From positions 1,179 to 65,178 of the forward strand of contig DAHXLE010000012.1 of the NCBI GenBank assembly GCA_027371825.1: a DNA stretch of 64,000 nt, in the 5' to 3' direction. Source of the stretch: Candidatus Saccharimonadota bacterium. GTDB taxonomy: Bacteria; Patescibacteriota; Saccharimonadia; Saccharimonadales; UBA4665. Below are positions 20,812-28,924 of this stretch, one piece after another; within the stretch, counting starts at the first letter, position 1; every line of letters starts with the position of its first letter. The notes beneath the pieces were generated by a model. The model did not search any database and was not told the DNA's origin. It saw only the letters and a list, made by a program, of their open reading frames with translations. The position numbers and the translations under genes are program-made.

Positions 20812-21801
20812 ATGTTAAGAGCTCACTTTCCAAGCTCAATGTCCCTGAGGGTGTTGCTGCTGCCGGTTATATTAATACCTATCGTTTTGTTGCCATCGGT
20901 TAAAGCGGCGGCTGCCGGCGTGGCTAACGGATTTCTTATCTCGCCAGTTACGGAGTATCTAACCGTTAACAAGGGCACTACTCAGACAGTTGATATTGCC
21001 GTTCAGAATCCAACGAATTCATCTGTGGTTGCTCAAGCTGTGGTTAATGACTTTATTGCAAGCGGTAATGAAACCGGAGTGCCGAGGGTGTTACTAAACG
21101 GCAGCGCAGTACCGGCTAATAACTTCAGAACTTTGGTTTCCCGTATACCCAATACCATATTAACCCCTGGCGAAAAACAGTACATTCCGGTTACCATTAC
21201 CGTTCCTAAAAATGCTGAATCCGGAGGTTACTACGGTGTTGTGAGGTTTACTCCCGCCACTAACGGTCCGTCATCAGGAGCAAATGTCGGGTTAACCGCG
21301 AGTGTCGGCACACTGTTTTTGGTAACTGTTCCCGGAAACTTATCGAAAAAGATTGAGTTGGTGCAGTTGTCTGCTGCAAACTCCAAAGGTAGCCCATCGA
21401 GTTTTCTAAGTTATGGTAACGTATCGGTGATGGTTCGCTTAAAAAACATCGGTAATGTTTATGCGCAACCGTTTGGAACGGTACTTGTTAAAAATATGTT
21501 TGGCTCGACGGTTGCAAGCTATCAGTTTAATAACACTACCCCAAGAGCTAGTGTTCTACAAAATAGCATCAGGAAGTTTATTAATCCGTTGCCCCAAAAA
21601 AGCTGGTTTGGCTACTATACTATTAATGCCAATATCGCATACAACACCGGCGGAGGTAACATCATAATTGCCAATGCGTCGTTTTGGTACATTCCGTGGT
21701 GGTCTTGGTTAATTCTGGCGGCCGTAATAGCTCTGCTGGGTATCTTGGGCTATTTCATTAGAAACAGAAAATATCGCCATCACAGAAAACATAAAGGTTA
21801 A
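20812..21801 (+). CDS. membrane-anchored two-beta-domain protein (CscA/DUF916+DUF3324-like architecture); putative fibre assembly/anchor factor
   Basis: It has a signal peptide and two all-beta segments (FLISPVTEYLTVNKGTTQTVDIAVQNPTN...; ...VMVRLKNIGNVYAQPFGTVLV...). A C-terminal TM helix (WWSWLILAAVIALLGILGYFI) and a basic tail (RNRKYRHHRKHKG) follow. Confidence 0.85.
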   Translation: MLRAHFPSSMSLRVLLLPVILIPIVLLPSVKAAAAGVANGFLISPVTEYLTVNKGTTQTVDIAVQNPTNSSVVAQAVVNDFIASGNETGVPRVLLNGSAVPANNFRTLVSRIPNTILTPGEKQYIPVTITVPKNAESGGYYGVVRFTPATNGPSSGANVGLTASVGTLFLVTVPGNLSKKIELVQLSAANSKGSPSSFLSYGNVSVMVRLKNIGNVYAQPFGTVLVKNMFGSTVASYQFNNTTPRASVLQNSIRKFINPLPQKSWFGYYTINANIAYNTGGGNIIIANASFWYIPWWSWLILAAVIALLGILGYFIRNRKYRHHRKHKG

Positions 21802-21891
21802 AGGTGGTGGGTTTTTGTGTCGGTTCAAATGACCTACACGGAGAGGCGCATTGCTAGTAGCATTTTTTAATCCTAATAAAGCAACACAACC

Positions 21892-22809
21892 ATGAACAGT
21901 CGCAGCAGTGCCGTAGAACTAAAACGCCGTCTTAGGCTATTCTTCGCTGCGCTATTTGCTGCTTGTATTGTCAGCTTGGGCGGGTATTATTCGAGCGCTT
22001 CGGCTCTCAGTATGACCCAGAATGGCTCGATTGGGTTGCAGGGTACGGTCAGCTCACCGCCACCAACCACGCCGGCTAATATTACTACACCAGGCAACGG
22101 ACAAGTTCTAACAAACGGTCTAGTGACGGTTGGGGGTCAGTGCACTAATGGTTTGTTAGTGGAAGTTTTTTCAAATAATGTCTTTGCCGGGTCGACAAAA
22201 TGTAGCGGAGGAACATTCAGCATACAGGCCAGCTTGTTTAACGGCACCAACCAACTGGATGCTAAAGTGTATGATGCTCTAGGCCAATCTGGTCCTAATT
22301 CAAATACCCCGATAGTGCAATATAGTAGTGCTAAATTTTCTTCTCTAGGGCCTTTATTGACCTTGTCAAGCATCTATGCGACGCAAGGAATCAATCCAGG
22401 CAATCTTCTAAGTTGGCCGATTACTATATCCGGTGGCTCTGAGCCTTACAGTTTGAGTATAAACTGGGGTGACGGTACGCCGCCACAGTCCCAATCGGCT
22501 CCGTTTTTCGGAAATGTTATGCTCTCTCATACGTATCAAAATGCCGGTACGTATAATATCAGCGTTAAAGCCACCGACGTAAATGGTGAAGTTGCATTCC
22601 TGCAAATGGTCGGGGTGGCCAACGGAGCTGTACCGCAATCTGCGTCGACGACAAATAACAGTCAACCAACAAGCAATACCGCTTATCTGGAATGGTGGCC
22701 CGCTATGGTAATACTGCCTTTGTTGCTGGTGGCATTCTGGCTTGGCGGTGCCCATAGGATTACCTCTTTAAAAAAGAAATTGGATAACGGTAACGACAAT
22801 CTCAAATAG
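21892..22809 (+). CDS. surface protein with Ig-like and PKD domains and a C-terminal TM anchor
   Basis: It has an N-terminal signal or anchor. The Ig-like segment runs ITTPGNGQVLTNGLVTVGGQC...GTNQLDAKVYDALGQSG. The PKD signature is INWGDGTPPQ...HTYQNAGTYNISVKATDVNGE. The C-terminal TM helix is WWPAMVILPLLLVAFWLGG. Confidence 0.85.
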   Translation: MNSRSSAVELKRRLRLFFAALFAACIVSLGGYYSSASALSMTQNGSIGLQGTVSSPPPTTPANITTPGNGQVLTNGLVTVGGQCTNGLLVEVFSNNVFAGSTKCSGGTFSIQASLFNGTNQLDAKVYDALGQSGPNSNTPIVQYSSAKFSSLGPLLTLSSIYATQGINPGNLLSWPITISGGSEPYSLSINWGDGTPPQSQSAPFFGNVMLSHTYQNAGTYNISVKATDVNGEVAFLQMVGVANGAVPQSASTTNNSQPTSNTAYLEWWPAMVILPLLLVAFWLGGAHRITSLKKKLDNGNDNLK

Positions 22810-22859
22810 TTTATAAAAAGGTGCGACTACTAAGGATAATTTGCTAAGATAGTAAAGCT

Positions 22860-23939
22860 ATGTCGAAAAATATATTTGTTGGCTTGTCGGGAGGCGTGGA
22901 CAGTTCTCTTAGCGCTGCTCTACTAAGAGACAAGGGCTATAACGTATCGGGCGTATATATGAAGAATTGGAGTCAGGATCTACCGGGAATGAAATGTCCC
23001 TGGCAGCAAGACTATACCGACGCCAAAAGAGTGGCGGTGCAACTCGGTATACCGTTTTTCATGTATGACTTCGAGAAAGAGTATAGACATCTGGTAGTAG
23101 ACTATATGTTGAATGCCTACAAGTCCGGCTTAACTCCCAATCCGGATATTATGTGCAATCAGGAGATTAAATTCGGCCTGTTTTTAGCAACCGCTCTAAG
23201 AAATAACGCCGACTATATTGCTACCGGTCACTACGCCAGGGTTATAAAATCTAAGAATGGCAACATCGAATCATACGGTCTCTACGAGGCAGTCGACAAG
23301 GACAAAGATCAGTCATATTTTTTGTATCGTATCAACCGTGAGTTGTTGCCTAAGGTAATAATGCCTATAGGTGAGCTTAGCAGCAAGAAGGTGGTCAGAA
23401 AATTAGCTTCGGACTACAAACTGGTTACTGCTGACAAAAAAGATAGTCAAGGAATCTGTTTTGTCGGCGAAGTAGGAATAAAAGATTTTCTCCAAGCTAC
23501 GTTGGGTACTCAAAAACCGGGCAAAGTTCTCGATCAAAATGGTCGGGTGGTCGGAGAACACGAAGGAGCTATTTTCTACACCATCGGACAACGTCACGGC
23601 CTCAAGCTTGGTGGCGGTTTGCCATATTACGTTACGTTTAAGAATATGGATAAAAATGAAGTCTATGTGACCACGGATTTAGGGGATAGGCACTTATGGA
23701 GTCACGACATCAATATAACCAGTCTTCACTGGCTGGTTGATGATATTAAACTGAGACAAACAGCCGACAATTTATCCGTCAGGGCGCGTTATAGGGCGAC
23801 AAAAGTTCCGTGCAGTTTAACCATAAAACATCAATCCGCAACTCTTAAACTCCAAACTGAAATCAGGGCGGTTACCCCAGGCCAATCAGCGGTGATTTAT
23901 CAAGGTGAGCAAGTGCTCGGAGGGGGCATAATATGCTAA
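22860..23939 (+). CDS. mnmA: tRNA-specific 2-thiouridylase
   Basis: It carries the PP-loop GLSGGVDSS, NPDIMCNQEIKF, ATGHYAR and DKDQSYFLY. Confidence 0.95.
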   Translation: MSKNIFVGLSGGVDSSLSAALLRDKGYNVSGVYMKNWSQDLPGMKCPWQQDYTDAKRVAVQLGIPFFMYDFEKEYRHLVVDYMLNAYKSGLTPNPDIMCNQEIKFGLFLATALRNNADYIATGHYARVIKSKNGNIESYGLYEAVDKDKDQSYFLYRINRELLPKVIMPIGELSSKKVVRKLASDYKLVTADKKDSQGICFVGEVGIKDFLQATLGTQKPGKVLDQNGRVVGEHEGAIFYTIGQRHGLKLGGGLPYYVTFKNMDKNEVYVTTDLGDRHLWSHDINITSLHWLVDDIKLRQTADNLSVRARYRATKVPCSLTIKHQSATLKLQTEIRAVTPGQSAVIYQGEQVLGGGIIC

Positions 23940-24135
23940 ATCTCTCGGTTTTTAATATTACCGGCAACTCGTCTATTAGAAAAACCGACCGGCTGTTTTA
24001 TACTTAGATGCAGGTAGGATTTCAGGAATAAAATTTTACGTAAAGCATAAGGACTAAATAGCTTGCATCAAGGTAGCTAAGGCGCTTATTTTAAGTGACG
24101 GTTTATATCTTGAAGCGAAAAAGTGATCGAACATA

Positions 24136-25719
24136 ATGCCCAAAGTACAAAGTAAAAAACGATTATCTATTGTTAACGCCGCAACTCTCTTGATAGGTTC
24201 CGCTATGCTGGGACAAATATTGGGTCTATTTAGGACGCGCTTGGTCAACGCCAATTTTCCCGCCAAAGGACCGGGTAGTACCGATGCTTACTTTGCTGCT
24301 TTTAATATCCCGGATTTTTTCTTTTTCACTTTAGCCGCAGGTGCTTTAGGCGTAGCTTTTATGCCGGTACTCGCGGATCGTCTTCACAAAGGAGACAAGC
24401 GTGGGATGTGGGACATATCTACCAGTCTACTGAACTTGTTAATGTTGGTGATGGCAGTTGTGGGGGTTCTAATGTTCGTTTTCGCGGAACCGCTAGTCCA
24501 TTACATTATTTCTCCCAACTTAACACCGACTCAACTGCATAATACCGTCACAATAATGAGATATATTTCCTTCGATCCTTTGCTGTTTACTATTTCCGGT
24601 GTTCTTACCGCCGTACAACAGACTCTCGGGCGGTTTTTCTTCTATGCACTTGCTCCTCTTTTATATAACTTCTGTATTATCGCCAGTATCTATATTTTTA
24701 GGCACAACATAGGTCTGACGGGGCTGGGAATCGGAGCTTTGGTTGGTGCCATTTTACAGCTGGTCGTTATCTCAATGGGTCTTTTCGGTACTCATTTTCA
24801 TTGGAATCCAAAAATATTGTGGAGAAGCTCGGAGTTTCGGACGATTCTACGCCAGCTACCTCCTAGATCGCTAGACCAAGGAATTGATCAGGTGGAGTCG
24901 ATCGTAGAGACTCATTTTGCCCGTCGATTAGGTTCAGGATTTATTAGTTACTACAATAACGCCTATACGATGAGTACCGCCCCGGCCTTGTTGATCGGCA
25001 CCGCCATCAGTACCGCAGCATTTCCTCATCTTAACAATCGCTTGTCACAAGGGCGCCCCGATTTATTCCGCAAAGAGTTCCTTCAGATCGTCCGTTTTAT
25101 GATATGGATATCTATGCCGGTGGTGGTGCTTTGTTACTTTACTCGCGGTTATCTGGCACGCCTAATATATGCCAATAATGCCCCGGAAATAGCTTTGATC
25201 TTTGGTTCATTAGCGCTTTCAATCTTTTTCACTACTCTTTACACCATAATCTCAAGGTGGTTCTATTCCCATAAAGACACCAAGACTCCTCTATTTGTTT
25301 CTGTCTTTACCATCTTTTTTGACATAGTCCTGGTTTCTATTTTGGCCCGTCCTACCGTGTATGGTGTCAGCGGACTTGCCATAACCCAGTCTATAGTAGC
25401 TATGGTCGAGGTACTCATTTTATCCGTCATTATGCTTATTAGGGACCACAAGCTTTTTGATGTGAACTTCTGGGCTAATGTCGGTCGAATCATATCGGTT
25501 ACCGGCTTTAGTATGGTAACGGGATATATTATGGTGTCGTTATTGCCGCTAGAGGCAGCCGATAGGGGTATCGTTACGCTTGGAAGCAAACTTTCTCTAA
25601 TCGTGGGAGTCACTATGGTGGTGCATATAGGCGTCTCATACCTATTCGAACTCAGTGAAGTCCAACCAATTTTCAATCGCTTACGCAAAATCCTAAAACC
25701 GACCAAACCCTTGTACTGA
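24136..25719 (+). CDS. murJ: lipid II flippase MurJ/MviN
   Basis: It is a 527-aa polytopic protein. The N-terminus AATLLIGSAMLGQILGLFRTRLV..DAYFAAFNIPDFFF is typical of MurJ. Confidence 0.88.
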   Translation: MPKVQSKKRLSIVNAATLLIGSAMLGQILGLFRTRLVNANFPAKGPGSTDAYFAAFNIPDFFFFTLAAGALGVAFMPVLADRLHKGDKRGMWDISTSLLNLLMLVMAVVGVLMFVFAEPLVHYIISPNLTPTQLHNTVTIMRYISFDPLLFTISGVLTAVQQTLGRFFFYALAPLLYNFCIIASIYIFRHNIGLTGLGIGALVGAILQLVVISMGLFGTHFHWNPKILWRSSEFRTILRQLPPRSLDQGIDQVESIVETHFARRLGSGFISYYNNAYTMSTAPALLIGTAISTAAFPHLNNRLSQGRPDLFRKEFLQIVRFMIWISMPVVVLCYFTRGYLARLIYANNAPEIALIFGSLALSIFFTTLYTIISRWFYSHKDTKTPLFVSVFTIFFDIVLVSILARPTVYGVSGLAITQSIVAMVEVLILSVIMLIRDHKLFDVNFWANVGRIISVTGFSMVTGYIMVSLLPLEAADRGIVTLGSKLSLIVGVTMVVHIGVSYLFELSEVQPIFNRLRKILKPTKPLY

Positions 25720-25777
25720 TAGGGGGACTTATTTGCTGGAAATTTCTATCTGTTATGCTCTCAGTCAGGTATGACTT

Positions 25778-26272
25778 TTACTTAAGAAGCGTTTCTAACT
25801 TATCGTTTGTTGCTTTTATTAGTGCTTTTAACTGTAAAGTTTTTTCTTCGGAGTCTTGCATCATAATTTGATGTATCAAGTCCATAGATTTTGACAGATC
25901 GACCTTGAGTTCCATGAATTTTTTGGCATGAGCGGTTTTATGTTCCCACACCCTCTTAATCTCTTCACCGGCATGCTCGGCTTCTTTTTTACCATCTTCG
26001 GTTAGCGAGTAGATTTTTTTACCGCCTTGTTCTGTGCTGGTCACAAGGTCCTGATCTTCCAGTAGCTGAAGATTCGGATAGACGGAACCGGCGCTGGGGC
26101 GCCACATGCCATAACTTTTCTCCTCAAGCTTGCTTATAATCTCATATCCGTGCATAGGATTTGTTTTAAGCATTGCGAGTATGATGGGCCTCATGTCACC
26201 GCGACGGGTACGATATCCATTGCCCCATCCCTTAAGCCCACCGTGAGTCGTCCAATTATCATTATTGTACAT
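25778..26272 (-). CDS. PadR-family transcriptional regulator
   Basis: The winged-helix signature is ILAMLKTNPMHGYEIISKLEE...SAGSVYPNLQLLEDQDLV. It has a C-terminal coiled coil. Confidence 0.9.
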   Translation of the reverse strand: MYNNDNWTTHGGLKGWGNGYRTRRGDMRPIILAMLKTNPMHGYEIISKLEEKSYGMWRPSAGSVYPNLQLLEDQDLVTSTEQGGKKIYSLTEDGKKEAEHAGEEIKRVWEHKTAHAKKFMELKVDLSKSMDLIHQIMMQDSEEKTLQLKALIKATNDKLETLLK

Positions 26273-26310
26273 AAATAACTACCCCTTTCTTAACGAAATA
26301 TCCGTAAGCA

Positions 26311-26340
26311 AGTATAGTTAACGACATATCGGTATGTCAA
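26311..26340 (-). promoter_or_regulatory. padR promoter with overlapping palindromic operator
   Basis: On the minus strand the sequence reads TTGACA (26340-26335), an 18-nt spacer, then TATACT (26316-26311). An AAAGGGG SD and the ATG follow. A 16-bp perfect palindrome GACATA-TCGG-TATGTC (26323-26338) overlaps the -35 and the spacer. Confidence 0.55.
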
Positions 26341-26523
26341 GCATAATTACCGATCTATCTAAAACCGTCGAATAAGTCGGAGCGTTTGGCGGTATTGATA
26401 TGTATCGTTGTCGGGACTTTTTGTTAACCTGATTCGTATTCGTACTTAAAGAAAGGGGATATAGCTAAATTATGGGAGTCTTTTGCGGCTCATAAGATAT
26501 AATTGCATGAAAGGGGTAAATTA

Positions 26524-28305
26524 GTGGATCAATCGACAATTCGTAATTTCTGCATAATAGCCCATATTGACCATGGTAAGAGTACGCTCGCGGACAGGCT
26601 ATTGGAATTAACGGGTACGGTCAAATCCAGAGATATGCGTGCTCAAATTCTCGACAAAATGGAGCTGGAACGGGAAAAGGGTATAACCATTAAGCTAGCA
26701 CCCGTCAGGATGAGGTATCGAGGCTTTGAGCTGAATCTCATAGATACTCCCGGACATGTGGATTTTTCGTACGAGGTGTCACGAAGCCTAGCGGCGTGCG
26801 AGGGGGCGGTTTTGGTTGTTGACGCTACGCAAGGGATACAGGCCCAGACTCTTGCCAATGTCTATCTGGCGATCGAATCGGATCTTACTATCATCCCGGT
26901 TATAAACAAGATTGATCTTCCGGCGGCTGACATAGAAAAGGTGGTCGGCGAGATCGTGAACCTGCTCGGTTGTTCGCCCGCGGACGTTCTTAGTATTAGC
27001 GCCAAAACGGGTCTTGGTGTTGATCTTCTCCTGGATAGGATAATAAAAGATATACCTTCCCCGAGGGGTAGTGTAAGCGCCGCTACCAGGGCTCTTATAT
27101 TCGACAGTTACTATGATGATTATCGTGGTGTCATATTATATGTTCGTGTTGTTGATGGACGGATTGAAAAGGGAGCTAATATAAAAATGCTAGCGACACA
27201 GGTTACGGGTATGGCCTTAGAGGTAGGGTACTTATCACCGGACATGAAATCTTCGGGTAATCTTTCGGCCGGAGAGATAGGCTATATCGTGACAAACCTT
27301 AAAACTGCTCGTGAGGCAGGTGTAGGAGACACGGTTACAATTTCTAAAGATCAAGGTGTAGTGGCGCTAGCCGGGTATAAAAACGTCAGGCCGTTTGTTT
27401 ATGCCGGGTTCTTCCCTGACTCCAGTGATAATTATCAAGAGCTAAAAGAGGCTATCGATAAACTGTCGTTGAGTGATTCATCTCTGCAGTTTGAACCTGA
27501 AAATTCACCGGTTCTTGGACATGGGTTTAGGATCGGTTTTTTGGGCCTTCTCCACATGGAGATAGTCCACGAGAGACTCGAACGTGAATACAATCTGTCA
27601 TTAATTGTTACCAATCCGAGTACTGACTATAAAATAACTCTCGTAGGCGATGAACAATTAGACATACGATCCGCCTCAGAGCTACCAGACATTAGTCGTG
27701 TTCGTGAGATCAAGGAACCATGGATAGGCGGTGAGATAGTTGCTCCCAAGGAGTATGTCGGAGATTTAATCAGCTTAATAGTGAACAGGAGGGGATTGAG
27801 TAAGAGCATAAGTTATGTCGACGACAGATTAGCAGTAATTAGCTTCGATGCACCACTTGCCAATCTACTGACTGGGTTTTATGATCAACTTAAAAGTCTG
27901 ACAAGCGGATATGGTTCATTCAGTTACGAGCTTACGGACTACAGGGCTGAAGATCTAGTCAGGGTTGACTTTTACATAGCGGGCGAAAAAGTCGATGCCC
28001 TATCTCTTATGACGCATCGCAGCGAGTCTCTAAGACTTGGCAGAGAAATCGTGAGTAGCCTGAAAGAAGTCATACCTCGACAAAATTTTCAAGTTAGTCT
28101 TCAGGCTGCAATTGGTGCTAAGTTCATAGCGCGTGAAGATATTAGCGCCTACAGAAAAGACGTTACGACCGGTCTATACGGCGGTGATGTTAGCAGAAAG
28201 AAAAAAGTACTGGCTAAGCAGAAAAAGGGTAAAGCTCGCTTAAAGCGCTTCGGCAAGGTAGATATACCGCCTGAGGCTTTTACGGTACTTCTGCGACAAA
28301 ATTAG
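26524..28305 (+). CDS. lepA: elongation factor 4 (LepA)
   Basis: It carries IRNFCIIAHIDHGKSTLADRLL (G1), DTPGHVDF and NKIDL. The LepA C-terminal region is GGDVSRKKKVLAKQKKGK. The ORF is open from a TTG at 26503. A GTG at 26524, preceded by AAGGGG, gives the usual N-terminus. Confidence 0.95.
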   Translation: MDQSTIRNFCIIAHIDHGKSTLADRLLELTGTVKSRDMRAQILDKMELEREKGITIKLAPVRMRYRGFELNLIDTPGHVDFSYEVSRSLAACEGAVLVVDATQGIQAQTLANVYLAIESDLTIIPVINKIDLPAADIEKVVGEIVNLLGCSPADVLSISAKTGLGVDLLLDRIIKDIPSPRGSVSAATRALIFDSYYDDYRGVILYVRVVDGRIEKGANIKMLATQVTGMALEVGYLSPDMKSSGNLSAGEIGYIVTNLKTAREAGVGDTVTISKDQGVVALAGYKNVRPFVYAGFFPDSSDNYQELKEAIDKLSLSDSSLQFEPENSPVLGHGFRIGFLGLLHMEIVHERLEREYNLSLIVTNPSTDYKITLVGDEQLDIRSASELPDISRVREIKEPWIGGEIVAPKEYVGDLISLIVNRRGLSKSISYVDDRLAVISFDAPLANLLTGFYDQLKSLTSGYGSFSYELTDYRAEDLVRVDFYIAGEKVDALSLMTHRSESLRLGREIVSSLKEVIPRQNFQVSLQAAIGAKFIAREDISAYRKDVTTGLYGGDVSRKKKVLAKQKKGKARLKRFGKVDIPPEAFTVLLRQN

Positions 28306-28323
28306 TAATCGTTAAGAAAAAAA

Positions 28324-28447
28324 GGCGTGTGGGTTGTTGGTTGTATAGGGGAGAAAAAAGATTGGTTTTGTCGTAGGGATGTGCCCTTTGTCGGCGGCAC
28401 CAGAGATTTTTCTCGTTAGTTTGTTACCCTATAACTACTCACACGCC
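28324..28447. other. 124-nt three-tier nested inverted repeat (possible structured RNA)
   Basis: There are three perfect nested stems. GGCGTGTG (28324-28331) pairs with CACACGCC (28440-28447). TATAGGG (28344-28350) pairs with CCCTATA (28427-28433). GAGAAAAA (28351-28358) pairs with TTTTTCTC (28407-28414). An apical AGGG..CCCT hairpin sits inside. No convincing ORF is present; the 28379..28561 ORF looks spurious. Confidence 0.3.
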
Positions 28448-28486
28448 ACAGATATACGGTTGCTCGTCTACACTACCAGGCCTTTT

Positions 28487-28516
28487 GGCTATGGTTATAG
28501 ACAATTAACCATAGCC
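28487..28516 (+). terminator. candidate intrinsic terminator downstream of lepA
   Basis: An 11-bp perfect stem (GGCTATGGTTA/TAACCATAGCC) closes an 8-nt loop. A moderately T-rich tract, GTTAGGTTTGTTGGTT, follows. Confidence 0.35.
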
Positions 28517-28581
28517 GTTAGGTTTGTTGGTTCCATGGGTTTTTCTGAGGCAATGATCTAGAGGCGCCCTGCCTACGGATG

Positions 28582-28773
28582 TTAGTCTGTCTGTGGCCGG
28601 TAAATTTTTCTTTGCATCAAGTTGTTTTTGGCGACAAGACGCAACAATACAGCCAGAACACTTGCGGCAGCAAACAAAAGGAGAGCTTTTTCGGGCGCTC
28701 CCTCTATTAACTTTATGACAGAGAAGATTAGCGCCAGACTACAGAACACGAACCCTAGGGCGACATATCGCAT
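28582..28773 (-). CDS. small two-TM membrane protein, unknown function
   Basis: The 63-aa ORF reads MRYVALGFVFCSLALIFSVIKLIEG..ALLLFAAASVLAVLLRLV. It has two hydrophobic helices. No family was recognised. Confidence 0.45.
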   Translation of the reverse strand: MRYVALGFVFCSLALIFSVIKLIEGAPEKALLLFAAASVLAVLLRLVAKNNLMQRKIYRPQTD

Positions 28774-28924
28774 AATGTATTCTCCCCGATGGATAGAACG
28801 AGCCTTCGTCTATCTGACGAACGCGTATGACTATATTCTAGAGCGATTATATTGTCAAAGATTCTGTTAGGGGTATGAAAACTTTATTTATAACGGTATA
28901 ATTTGACTTAAATTACTAAACTAT

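Noticed and set aside
28306-28924. T-box leader for alaS
   Set aside because: GGCGGCACCAGAG loosely recalls the T-box core (GGUGGUACCGCG). It lies ~500 nt upstream of alaS, and a plausible minus-strand small gene (28582..28773) sits between them. I could not identify a specifier-loop or antiterminator architecture.
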